Source: Leptogorgia sarmentosa
Lineage: Eukaryota
Length of the DNA stretch: 64,000 bases
NCBI GenBank assembly: GCA_964658305.1
Contig: OZ210885.1
Location: forward strand, 21,886,001 to 21,950,000
Reading direction: 5' to 3'
This document shows, in pieces, positions 39,201 through 51,579 of this stretch. Made by a program: the position numbers and the translations under genes. The notes beneath the pieces were generated by a model. It saw only the letters and a program-made list of their open reading frames with translations. It made no database searches and was not told the origin of the DNA. Each line of letters starts with the position of its first letter. Position 1 is the first letter of the stretch.

Positions 39201-39674
39201 ATACAAGGTGACGAGCTTCTGAACAATTTCGTTCTCATGCGGAACTGCGGTGTTTTCGCCTTTGTCGTTGGATATGAGTTGAAAGAGTTCACTAGATTGA
39301 CCTGGTGCGATACATTCTAAAGTTGTCATACAAGTTTGTATTGATTTCCTTTTGTAGTAACGAGTGGTACTTTGTGAGACATCTTTGATTGGGGAATAGA
39401 GTTGCGCTCTGATTGGGCTCACATCTCTTCCATGAATGCTTTTGATTAAGTTGTTTATCGAAACAAGTTGGTGGCCTTTTTCGGGTGTAGGGAAATATTC
39501 TGGTCCAGACGAGTTGTTGAGGCTGAGTACTGAGTCATTATTTGGAAAAAAACTGTCCTCATTGTTTAGTTCAAGGCGTACATCTCGTGCCTCCGTCGTC
39601 ATTGACAGTGTGGATGCCGTGAAAACCTGTGATTATAACATTTGAAAACAACATCAATCAACCAACCATCCATC

Positions 39675-39705
<31 letters not shown>

Positions 39706-40531
39706 CTTATAAACTGTCATCAATCAATCAACTGACAGTCTGTCATTAATCACTCGACCTATCAAAAATACCTTGTTTTCTTGCATGTCTATAGGCAATA
39801 ACTTTGACGATTCCTCTGGATTAGCAGTCTAGCAAAAAGAAAAATATCGAATGGTTTGTACTAATGGTTAACCTGCAACGTTTTTCGACTTTTTGACAAA
39901 CACGCCATTATGGTTTCACTCTTGGAAACTACATATTACAAAACAAACCCGCTTTTGTAGTTCCGGCATCCTTTTCAAATTCTTTGTTGCTTCTTTGTGT
40001 TTTTGCCTGCACAGTCTGCAAATGCCTGGTGAATTAATGGATAAAAATAATTTTCACGGGGTGTTTTCTATTTGCTATCATATTCATGATGGTGATCAAA
40101 ATAAATAATTATCCCGTACCAGAACCAACAGCAACGAAAGATTCCCAGATATCATGTATTTCTGCAGACATATCCTTCGTAACACCTCTGTCGGGTTTTG
40201 CTCTCAAGGATCCATGCAAAGGATGCACACATTTACGTTTGGGGCGCCAGGATATACCAAGATTTTCTCGGTGAGGTGGACACACTGACAACCCCTCTCC
40301 AATATTATTATCAAATATACCTGACCTCAATAAAATCAGTTCTCCTTCTGTTGCTACAGCTTGCCCAGATAAATTCAAGTTTTTCATGTGCAACTGTATA
40401 TCCCTTTTGCATGCGACAATGGGAATGCACTCTTTCATCGAGGGATATCGCGACGAGAGACCGCAATCGGTCCCAAGCCTTCGTCCGATAGAACATTCCA
40501 CGAACATCTTTCTTGGTGTCCCTTGTAACAT
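36264..40531 (-). pseudogene. Sola3 transposase, about 8 exons
   Basis: QDVAFGTR..IPNVIRT, LKSDYKLH..ADHCRAYALSD, MDWAMKFLP..ETQTEWYGKKGRPWH, LRSDNAGCYH, FSDAQSGKDICDR, a C2H2-like segment and MGWALK..WLSTQQVKSYFSRL. Frameshift near 36810. Confidence 0.88.
38445..38550. repeat. (GTTT/GCTT)n microsatellite in a Sola3 intron
   Basis: Directly visible. Confidence 0.95.
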
Positions 40532-41298
40532 TTTTTCTAAATGCTTGTTAGAACCTTAGACGTCTTCGTACGCGTTCACGAGCAGATGCAGTGAACTCAG
40601 CAGATGTTGAACAACCCAGCGGGCGCACAGCGGCGGGTGTGAAAGCGGGTGCGTACATGTCAAAATGGCGGATGTTTGTTTTGTTTTGATTTCATCTTGT
40701 TTATATCAGATTGTTCATTACAACTTTACAAGTGGTTTACTACTGTTGAAATACTTTTATCTGTCTCATAAAAGGAGCAGTCGGGGAATTGCGAGAATAT
40801 GTGTAAAAACATGTCTATGCAGCAAATGGATATCACAGTTTGACGAAGATTAAGTCACGTTGACGTTCACGTTGTGATTGCAGTTATACAAGATTTATAC
40901 AACGTCTGCGCTCATCCGCTGATATGCACCATACACACAAGTTAGTATGTAATTTTACAGTACACTTATTTTATTCTGAGCGTATTATCATTGTCATTTA
41001 TGTCTAGTTAGTAGATGAGTGTTGTTGGGATTTTAATTATATATTATTGTTGGACATGGTGTTACTTTCGTATCCCCTGCTTGCTTACCACTGACATTTA
41101 ACTTCTAAAACAAGCATTGTGAACTCTTTCATGATATTATTATAATGTTTTATTCAATAATTGTATATAATTACAAAGTTGTTCCTTGTGTACAATCTAT
41201 CGAAAATATGTATTTTTTTAAAGTAGGTTTTGTTTATTGCCCTCTAGTAATTAAATTTTCAAATATCCCAATAAAAACTTTGCTGTTAAAGCAAGTCA

Positions 41299-42694
41299 GA
41301 GTTATCTGTGTGGTCGAAGACGACGAGTGACAGTACTTGGGGCAACATCTCATGAACAAGAGGTGACGTCGGGAGTTCCACAGGGCTCGATTCTAGGACC
41401 AGTACTTTTTGTCCTATATCTGAACGATCTACCCAAGGCCATATTGTCATCAAAAGTGGCTTGCTTCGCCGATGACACCGAAGTCCTGAAGAGAGTTGTA
41501 AGTCGACACGATAGCATTGATCTTCAAAGTGACATCGACAACCTCAATTCTTGGGCCGCACTCAATGGACTGGCGTTCAATGATTCGAAATGTAAGTCTC
41601 AGCGCATCACAAGGAGAAAAACACCCTTAATCTATCCATACGCTATGAATGGCCAACTACTTAGTGATTTAAAGCAGGAAAAGGACCTTGGTGTGTGGAT
41701 TCATAGTGACTTGACCTGGAACAAGCAAGTTGTTGAACAGAGCTCAAAAGCAAACAAACTGTTGGGTTTCATCAAGAGATCGTGCAAGGAGATAAGAAAC
41801 CCTAGAACAAGAAGATGCCTGTTCCTAGCGATCGTTCGACCTCATATCGGCTACGCCACGCAGACTTGGGCTCCTCAGACAATCGAACTGATCAAATGAG
41901 TAGAGCGAGTGCAGCGTCGTGCATCCAAATTTATTTTAAACCTTCCATATGACTGTCAGACCACCTACAAGTATCGGCTTATAGAAAGCAAGTTATTACC
42001 ACTTAGTTTCTGGCACGAATATTTAGACCTAGTGCTCTTATTCAAGATGATGAATGGTTTGGTGGATGTTAGCGATGACATTATTCCAGAAAGGATCGTA
42101 ATTGGGAACTCGAGAAGAACAAGAGCCACGAGCAACCCAGAAAGCATCCTGCTCCGTGAGACGAAATGCAGAACGGTGACATTTCAACGCTCGTTCATCA
42201 ACAGATCGACCAGAACATGGAACATTCTGCCTGATGAACTGAGACATCAATCTTTAAGCTTAGTCAATTTTAAAACTTTATTACTCGACTACTATCGTTC
42301 TGCCTTAAATCTAGTCTATGAACAAAATAATCCACGGACAGGGAAATCTATTTGCCCAAAGTGCAACAAGGCTCGAAGCCTGGCTAGTCCAATCTCTTGT
42401 TGTTTTTAGCCAGTCTGGGATTTGGCTTTCACCGCCACTGCCGCTACCTCTCGCTGACCTGGTGTGCATGTATTGGTTAGCTCGAAACAATATTGTCAAT
42501 GGCGGCAGTGTCGGTGGAAGTTGAATCTTGTACGTATTGTTTCGTATTGTATTGTATTGTATCGTATGGTTGCGTTTCGTTGTAATTGTACTGTGTCTTA
42601 AAGGGCCCACAGTAATTGGTGTATACTGTTGTGGTGACCCTGCCACTTGTATGTTGCAAGTGGCGAAGCTTAATAAATAATAAATAAATAAATA
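41299..42694 (+). mobile_element. 5'-truncated non-LTR retrotransposon (CR1/L2-group LINE)
   Basis: SYL..RVTV..SGVPQGSILGPVLFVLYLNDL..FADDT..EKDLGV..RVQRRASKFIL..RTWNILP, with a stop at 41897. 3' UTR contains (TATTG)n and ends in a (TAAA)n tail. Apparent 6-bp TSD aagtca at 41293 and 42695. Confidence 0.92.
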
Positions 42695-43152
42695 AAGTCA
42701 AAGGTTCGTTCTGAACGCCTGTGTATGGATTATATGATGATGTTGTTGTTCATTGGAGATATGAGCTTTCAAAATACCCTAAAATTAGCTTTAAATGAAA
42801 AAGTAAAAAATGGCTCTCACTTTTTCTGTTGTCATGGCAACGATTATTGGTGAAAACCAACATAAATAGCATGGTGTAAAAGCTAACTATGTCTTTGATC
42901 AGCAGTTGCAATTTCATCTTCTTTGATCTAGTTTTGCCTATTTTATGATGAACTAAACCTTGCTTACTAAACAAAACACAAACCTCGGCCTGAATAATTC
43001 CTCATATCCTACTCGGCCTCATTCAATAATTGTTTAATATTCTTATATTTGATGTTCGGATTTCCGGGATTCGGTATTTCTGGGTGTTGATTATTCCCGG
43101 GATTTCACACATCAGTCGCATGACTGACGTGACTACCCCAAGATCCGCCCCT

Positions 43153-44470
43153 GACTCTCATGTAAGCTTTCTTTTTTGCTAATTCTTCCTCTCTTTTCCC
43201 AGAAGACTCATTCTGTCTGTGAGCTCTCATGGAAGCCCTCTGTTTCGTTAATTGTTCTTCCCTTTGCTTAGAAGACTCGTCCTGTCTTCGATCTCTCATA
43301 TAAGCTGACTTTTTTGCTATTAAATCGTTCTTCTCTTTTATCTGAAGATTCCTTTTTTCTTCGATCTCTCTTGTACATGCGCTCCTGAGCACATCTATTT
43401 TCCTGTGTGATATAAGTTGAAAATAGTGTACAAGATATTGAACTCCATCAACTGAAGTTAATACACAATAACCAGATGAACATGGCATCCCACAGAGATC
43501 TTGTGAGTGAGAATCAACAATTTTGAACACATCAGGAAAAGGCATGATATTGCTACTGTGTTCATGCCGATTGTGAGTAGACAACTTTTATAATTCGTAG
43601 CAAAAAATACTTCATTGAAAGCATGTTCAAGTGTCACATATGGATCATTATTTACAACAAGTTTGGGTTTGCTTGCAATATGCTACCGTAAATAATGCTG
43701 AAGAGGTTATACGACGTTGGCCAATTTATTGGGGTAATGTTCCTTGTCCAAGTAAACCTACAGTGATAAAAACTTTTAGCTAATTCTGGGACATTTTAAA
43801 TATGCAGTTGCAAATTGAAATGCTAATATCTTGAGTAATACTTTACGAAAATATTTGAATGATGTAGCGCTTATGCTTTCCTCACTTTACTAAATCAAAC
43901 GCGTAAACTTTTTTCCACTAATTCGGCCACTTCAGTAACAAAAAGTCCTGATTCAAACTTTGACTAACAACACCAACAAGTTGTTTCCATAATATAGAAT
44001 TTGATACATAATTAATTGATCCCAAATGTTGACTGATTTAATTTCACTTTAAACAATAGAGCACAATGACATGGCAACACATTGTTTTCCAGCATTTGAT
44101 CCAAACTTCAATTCATTACCTTGATGAAAGTCAGCATAAACTCTGTGTGTGCGATCAACTATTTCATTAATGTTCACAGGACCTGGATTTTCCTCAACAT
44201 CATTTGACAGTCTCAATAATTGTACATAAACATGATAGCATACCATCTGTGCATACCACATGCAAACCTCATTATTTTTTCAGTTTTACCCAATAAGCTT
44301 TTCATGCATGGTAAAAAGAATACATTCAAATAAAACATAATGAACATGTGATTCCAAAACTTACCTTTCAGTCGAGACACAGCTAGTCCACCTTGTGTGA
44401 AGTTGTGGTATGAGCCAATTCTTGAACGATTGACCTCAATTGGTACACCCATATTTGCACTGAAAACTAG
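43153..44470 (-). pseudogene. Helitron-like N-terminal remnant: 2A-like motif, herpes-tegument-type (C76) deubiquitinase and STPR-like charged repeats
   Basis: LLRLSNDVEENPGP; ADFHQGNELKFGSNAGKQCVAMSL; FKIVDSHSQDLCGMP..GYCVL; repeats RRQDESSKQREEQL / RQNESSGKREEEL. No Rep or helicase retained. Confidence 0.7.
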
Positions 44471-45089
44471 TGTTAATAATTGGAAACTCAAATATTAATA
44501 TGTCAATGTGGTTTTGTCAACTGCAATAGTATGGTCAGTATGGTCAAGGTTCAATATTTCCTAGCAGTGAATATACAGATAAGTTATCCCAGACCAATGG
44601 CAATGGGGTTGCTTTTGACCTGCACGATGGCAAGGTTGAATTTTTTATACCTGCACAATGGTAAGGTTAAGCTTCGATGCACGGCACCATGCAGATCCCT
44701 GATCTAAGAGCAGTGCAAGCACCATGGCTTTGTATAATATATATGAAAGCAAAATTGTACAAAAAAAAACCCCTAAAATAAACAACAAACAATAACCTAC
44801 CTTTCACTAAAAGAACACAATCAGTATCGTCCCCATGAATTACCCGCATTTTGAAGGATTTATTACACAAAATAGTTTGCCGTAAAAACCTTCCTCAAAT
44901 GCAATGAAAATATGCCTCATTATTGAATCTCTCATGTTTTGATTGTGCTTATATTAAACAAGTACAACTGATCTTCACAAATACATTTTTTCTAACAAAA
45001 CATAACATACCATTAGTGGAAACCCTATAGTGGAATACAACACAGTTCCTCGTTTAACTGGCTCTACTGTACACAATAGTGGAAAAGGA

Positions 45090-45319
45090 ATAGACCCCTT
45101 GCACATGACGTCACACTGCCATCTGGAGGACAAATATACATTTGTATAAATTTTCAAATAATGTAAATTTTGATAAAGTGTTGAAATATTGACCATTGGA
45201 AAACTTGTTACTTCGTTTGTTTTAAGCCATATTGTCCTTTAGCGCTTGCTATCTATTGTTGCTGGCAAGCATCTGGAGGACAAATTTTAAGGATTATGAC
45301 GTCAGCGCAATGGGTCTAT
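45090..45319. mobile_element. MITE
   Basis: Imperfect TIRs atagaccccttgcacatgacgtca and tgacgtcagcgcaatgggtctat. Confidence 0.7.
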
Positions 45320-45879
45320 ATGTATGTTGCATGTTCGTGTTAGTTATATGCACTTATATCCTATTGCAAGCCCCTTAATAGCACCTATATGCGGCTGGGT
45401 GCAAAATGCATAAGTATAGGCGGCCCAAGCAAGCAAGCGGCTATAATTTTTATAAACTAATTACATGACATAATTATTTAATTTGTTACGGTAATTTTTC
45501 AATCCAACAAGAACAAACAATACGTCGTTAACATGAAACACAGCAGCAATTACGCGCTCTTGTTATTGTATCTGTTTTACCTCAAAACAACAAATAACCG
45601 AAAAATATTTTTAAAACACATTCGTCAGTACATTTCCAACAAGAATCAATCCAACTGCAAAATCTGGAATTCCTGTGGTTCGATTTTTTGTATATATGAA
45701 GACAAATATATGAACTAAAAACCTATGGTTTCAGACCCCAAAAGTCCCAGCTGCACGATATAGAAATTTCACTTTGAATCGAAATGACCCGTTTTGGATT
45801 GTGCGCTAATACTATAAAAATTATCTTGTTCATTAATTTGTCGAGTTGAGTAGCAACCAAATCGAAGATCTGCTTCTGG

Positions 45880-48175
45880 GAAATTTTCGAAAAGATCATT
45901 GTTTTCGAGTGCAGAGTCTAATGAGAATGATGTTGCACTAGAAAAGGATCAAAAGGTAAGCAATGCCATCATGCGTTACCACAGTTTAATTTGTATTAAA
46001 TATGCCTATATTAATTTGGTAAATATTTATTCATCTGGTAAATGTTCATGCATGGTGTGATGAGCAGCAATGGTTGAGTATGTAGCCCTTTACCATTCAT
46101 CAAATGAAGATCCTTCTGGTACATGGTACATGTTTTCATCTTGATATGTAAAGCACACTATTTTTTATACAGGTATTGCATGCAGAAGCAGAGTGATGCA
46201 GTTTCTTAAACAAAAATACCCAACAGTTGCTGCTGCTGAAGAAGCTTATGGCATTTGCTATTTTGGTGAAAAGGAGTTGCAATGTATTGGCCAAACTGTT
46301 CCTTTTATGTCTGGTGCAGCTACCTCTTCAAGATCCCCAATGCTTGGATTTTCTCCATTACGTCATACAGATGTTACCAAACTTCCTGGTTGTATTCTTG
46401 ATGTGATTTCATCTGGCTTTACCAATTTAACTTTTCGATAGCGTGAACAACTACTTCAACGCTTATTTAAACAATGGATGGTAAGTGATATGAGTCAAGG
46501 AATGAATTTTGACAGTAAATTTCTGCTTTCCAATTTTTTAGCACTTGTTGCAAAGGCTATGGCTGTACTTCATGCTAATGGTAAAGACAACCTCATTTAT
46601 CATGCTGCCCCTTGCTTTGGAGAACAAAGACAAGAAGATACTGGTCCACGAATGCCATTGGCAGAATGCCTTTTGGTCTAGTTGCACACAATCTAAAGTT
46701 TTTTTTGCATCTGATAATGTTGCCAATCTACAAGCTCCAGATGACTACAAATCATGCTGTCAATCTATGTACACGCTATTTGGTAACAAGTGGGCGTCAA
46801 TGCACTTAGGTCCTATGTGGTCTTATGAGGTGAATACATCTATGAGTAAGAATACATCTGTTACAACTGGTGCTAATGAGTCATCTTTTAGTTTAGATAT
46901 TTTAAGCCAAGCACTGCAAGAGACATTTGGGGATGAAATGCCCTGTGTGGGTCCTGGAGACTCTTTGCCAATGTTGGAGAATGTCAAGGATACCAGTGAC
47001 GTTGTGCAATCAGGCAGGACAATTAAAGGAGACCCACTAAAAGTACGGTTTATCAATTGAAGCCTCTATAGTTACAAAAGTTATGTTTGGTTACAAAATT
47101 ATAACTTGTCAACAGACTTCTCACTATTATTTTTCATTCCTCAGGGCCAAAATCAATATTGCCAGTCCATCTTCTCGCACAGTCCGAAGAATGAACCAGG
47201 ACAGTGAATTTACCAAAGGAACTGAAATTCAGATGTACATGCTTTACATAAAGTGTATATCCAGTAACAGTACTACTTTAAATGTGAAACTGTATTATGC
47301 AATAATTTTGCATATTCAGATATTGCAAGTAGGAAATAATATGTCAATTAATTTGATTATTTCTATCTAGACATCTGCTTTGGAATTTCTCTTCGTGAAT
47401 CACATCCTGATGGAAGGTGGTAGTTAAAGGCCGATGGTACTGATATCCAGAAGGGACTCAGAGAATCCATGAGAAATGAATGGTCAGGTGATGTAGATTT
47501 GGGAGATGGTAAGTTACAAGATAAATATTCATGGTATGCAGAATATCTCAAATTTGTCTGTAGCATAGGTCTGGGGCCGGTTGTTCGTAGCCCGTTTAGC
47601 TTAAATGGTGGATAAGTCCAGAATATCAAACACGTCTATGTGTTCATTGAACAATCAAAATAAAATTTTTCAATCTGAAAAGAACACTTGTTTACACAAC
47701 TACATATTTAGGGTTTAAAATTCATGCTCAGTTATTCACGAAATGAACGGGAGTGTAATTTAAATTGGACTTATCCACCGTTTAAGCTAAACGGCGTACG
47801 AACAACCGGCCCCTGAAGGATAGATCATCTCTTAACAACATCAAAGACGATCTTCACAAGCAAACCTCGACTATGTTAACTGAGAAGGAATTTCTAGTAA
47901 ATGGCCAGGCAGATGCCCAGAAGGAATACCAGAATCTTCAAAGACTTGCTAATGCTCCGGAGAAGTCATTGTTTGCCAGTGCTTGGGAAGCTGTAGAGTA
48001 CAAGCAGTTATTGGAGAAGAGTACAAGAGTTATTGAGCTTGGTAATTCCATCTCTATGTGGAGTTCAGTTTCCAGGATCCTTTTACTTGAGACATACGGA
48101 TCAAATATTTCGTCATTGTGGACAGTTGGTTCCGTTTGATTAATTGGCTCTGGTTCCACCATAGCTCTTATCTGT
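45880..48175 (+). pseudogene. Decayed multi-exon gene, possibly a DDE transposase of uncertain family
   Basis: GT-AG bounded exons at about 46173-47045, 47144-47233 and 47371-48175. Motif HPDGRW*LKADGTDIQKGLRESMRNEWSGDVDLGDG. Contains stops and a MITE insertion. Confidence 0.45.
47574..47812. mobile_element. PIF/Harbinger-type MITE
   Basis: TIRs of about 45 bp (gggccggttgttcgta..tttagcttaaa.ggtggataagtcca and its reverse complement). 3-bp TSD CTG. Confidence 0.9.
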
Positions 48176-48176
48176 C

Positions 48177-48240
48177 GGCTATCTTTAAAATGGGGAACCG
48201 GGGAACCAGGGAACCGGGGAACCCGGGAACCGGGCCGATA
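48177..48240. repeat. (gggaacc)n subterminal repeats of a probable DNA-transposon end
   Basis: About 5 copies follow cggctatctttaaaat; this truncates the preceding gene. Confidence 0.55.
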
Positions 48241-49360
48241 GGGAAAAGGGATCCTTGTGAATGTGGCCAACATTTACCAACATTTACTTTGTGATGCTAT
48301 AAATTGTTCTTCAGAAATTCGCCTGTAAATTCCACTACGTATATCGAATATTGCAGCGTATGCCGCTTTGTTGCACATTTTGTCATTGCTGGCACAGGCG
48401 ACACGGTGTCGGAACTCGGGAATCAGGGTTGCCAGATTGTGAACAAAGTTCATAGTTCTATGAACTTTTCATTTTGTTATTTCAATTTTGTGAACATATA
48501 TAGTTTTGTGAACATTTTATTGAACTTTTTTTAAAAATATGAACATTTCATGAACTAGTCAATTTCAAGCGTTTTTACGTCACTTATCTGAGCACTATTT
48601 AACAATTGGATTACGAGCTCGAGATTTCTATGAGGTGATAGTTGATGAGGGCGAAGCCCAAATCAACTATCATCTCATAGAAATTGAGAGCGAGTAATCT
48701 AATTGTTTTAGTAGAATCAAACATGAAAATATTGCAAAAAATAATTTAAAACCGCGTCTCAGAAGACATTTTCTTGAACGAAAATTCACATATTTTGCTA
48801 CTCGCTATCTATCGAGGAATAGATAGCGAGTAGAGTAGCGAATCAAATTGCAGCATTTGCAATAGTATACGAGTATGATTCTACTAATAAGAAATAGTGG
48901 AAGAAATGAAGATAAGCTAGCGAGTAAAATAAATAGAGGATTCCTAGATCGTTTAGTTTGATAGTTTTCCATGCTCCTAAGGTCGTTCTGGCAATCTTCG
49001 CCAAGTATCACTTAATCGGAACATTGCACAACGTTGCGATTTTGAATTTTATTATTTACTTTCACAATTAAAATGTATGATCATTATTATTGTGATAATA
49101 TGAAAAATGATCTTACTTCATACCGCTGACCAGTTCTGTGAACATTCATTGATTTTTTGTGTACTTTTGAGCATGCGCAGCATGAACATTTAAAAAATCT
49201 ATCTGGAAACCCTGTAGGGAATTCTGATCTGTTCCACTGATAACCACACGAGAAAACTGTAAACAAGTTTATAATTAGAACAAAATCTTTGCGTGTTTTG
49301 AAAATGTAAGCAAGATTTGTGTAAATCGCTTTTCGTTCTTCTCTCTTGAAAATCAACAAG

Positions 49361-50220
49361 ATGTCTACAATATCTAAGAGCTTTAAAGTTCCATCTTTGA
49401 GTCTGAAGCGAAAAACAGGCCACAGATTGGTTTCGTTTGACTGGAATAATGTCACAAACAAACAAGAACTAGGCAACGGTAGTTTTGGTATTGTGTATTC
49501 CGCTGACTATGGAATCGGAGTTGGAATCAAGGCACGAAAAGTTGTTGTAAAAAAATCAAGGGCGAAGCGTTTGAAACTAAATGTCGCTTCCCAAAAGAGG
49601 CAGAGATGCTCAATGGCATTCAGCATGGGAATATTCCCGAATTTCTTGGCTTTTCGGACAATCCGTATGGAATAATGATGGAGTATGTCAGTTTTGTCTT
49701 CAATCCATTTGGGATCGAAAAATCCGTAACCAATCTCGAAGATTTCTATCACTTCGTGGACTGCAAGTTCAATTTCAGTGAATTTGCTGATGTTCTGTTG
49801 GTATGTCTGAAAGATACTGTTAAAGGTCTTGAGTATCTTCATACAAACAATATAGTACATAGAGATTTGAAGCCAAGCAACATCCTTGTTTCCAACTTGC
49901 ACTATTGCGACAAGGATGAGACGGCAGTTGCAGAGCTATACTCAAGTTGTCCAATTGTATGCAAGCTCACAGATTTTGGTTTAAGCAGGTCTCTATACGC
50001 CCAAACCCAGTCGATTTTGAAGTCACGAGCGGACGAAATATGTCGTGGTACAGCAGTTTATATGTCACCAGAAATCCACACCGGTCGCCTCACAAACGCA
50101 AGTCAAGATGATCTGAAAATGGTGGACATTTGGTCCCTTGGTATTGTCGCGTACTCAATGATAAATCCGAATCTGTCGATTCCGTATCACCAAGAATTTC
50201 AAAGTTTGGGAGTATACTAA
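49361..50220 (+). pseudogene. Intronless Ser/Thr protein kinase, frameshifted and 3'-truncated
   Basis: ELGNGSFGIVY, VVVKK, a frameshift at about 49555, KEAEML, IVHRDLKPSNILV, KLTDFGLSR, GTAVYMSPE, DIWSLG. Confidence 0.9.
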
Positions 50221-51579
50221 TATCTATTCCCGAATATCTACTCGAGTCTGCGCATCGGGAGAGAAAAGCTTGTGCGGTCACGTGGATTTCCCCCTAAAAC
50301 CGGGGAACGTCTGTGATTGGTCAGTTGCTAAATATTCACGTTTAACGATAATTTATGCTAAACGGGAATTAAATTTTAAGAGTCAACATGAATATTCATG
50401 GCGTCGCTCGAATGCATTCTTTGTTTTATAAGGATACAAAAGAAAGGCGACGTTAATCTTGTCCAGGGAAAAAGAGACTTTGATGCTTTGGCCGAAATTA
50501 AAAGTCTACATTTTGTAGTAAGACATATTTCGACGCATATTTGCAGAAATTGTTTAAATTTCCTCAAACACAGAGCGAATCAACGGAAGAAATTTGATGA
50601 AATAAACAGCAAACTACTAATCAGATATAGAGAAAAGGCTCAGGAAAAAGGCTTTACTGTTAAATTGAAATCGTCTGCGAAACGTTTGGACTACGGAGAT
50701 GAAACTTGCTCAGTTTCCGCTGCTGAACGATCGTGTTCAAGTCAAGGTGAAGGTAGTGACAATCAAAATCCCTCATCTTCGATATATTTTTTGCCTTTAA
50801 CTTCAAGTCCAGTATGTAATGCTGAAGTGTGTACGTCTTCATATCCTGTTCACAAGCCAATAGCAACATCAACTCTGCACCGATTATCAACACACAATTA
50901 TCATATACAGTCTCAGCTACCAGAATTGCCTCAGGAAGTATCAGTTGCTGTTCCAGTTCAACCCATTGTAATTGTACCAGTTCAACCCACCAGTGTTCCT
51001 GTTCAACCTGCGGTTGCTGTTCAACCTGCAGTTGCTGTTTTACCAGCAATTCCAGTTCAACACGCAGTTCAAGGTCAGCCAGAAGTTGGGACTGTTGTAA
51101 GAGTAACTGTACAATGGCCAACTAGGACTAGGGACCGAGTTTTACCTAATGATTTAAATTCCCTTGGTATAATGTTATACCGGGGAACATATACCCAGAT
51201 CGCTAGAGCTGCTTGGTGCAACTCTAAGATTAGAGTAGCCTCCTCCGCAGGCAACTGTGTGAAATTTAAACGGCAAACGTACCTTCTAACCATCTGAAAC
51301 TATCAGAAATAACCCATATTCGCTCGTTCATTGTTTTGTCGCGCGCGGTCTAGCCGCAGTGGACTGAGGATAATTAATTAGGGGCGGCGTGTGGGCGTTG
51401 TCCGTTTGAAAAGTTCGTATGGTTGCCTGCCAAAAATCGAACTGTTGGACCAGAGTCTGGACCCCGGGTAGGGTGGGGGTGCATTTTGTCACCACGCGTG
51501 AAATATTAAAATATTATATCCGGTCGTTTGCGTGCTGCGCGTCTTGACTTGTAACTTGTTGTTGCTTGCCAATCATGAA

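Larger units (their letters stand above)
35316..42972 (-). mobile_element. Sola3 DNA transposon (right end truncated)
   Basis: Starts TTAA|GAGAGTGTCC at 35316. A long internal TIR segment at 35512-35593 is mirrored at 42891-42971. The transposase lies between them. Confidence 0.85.
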
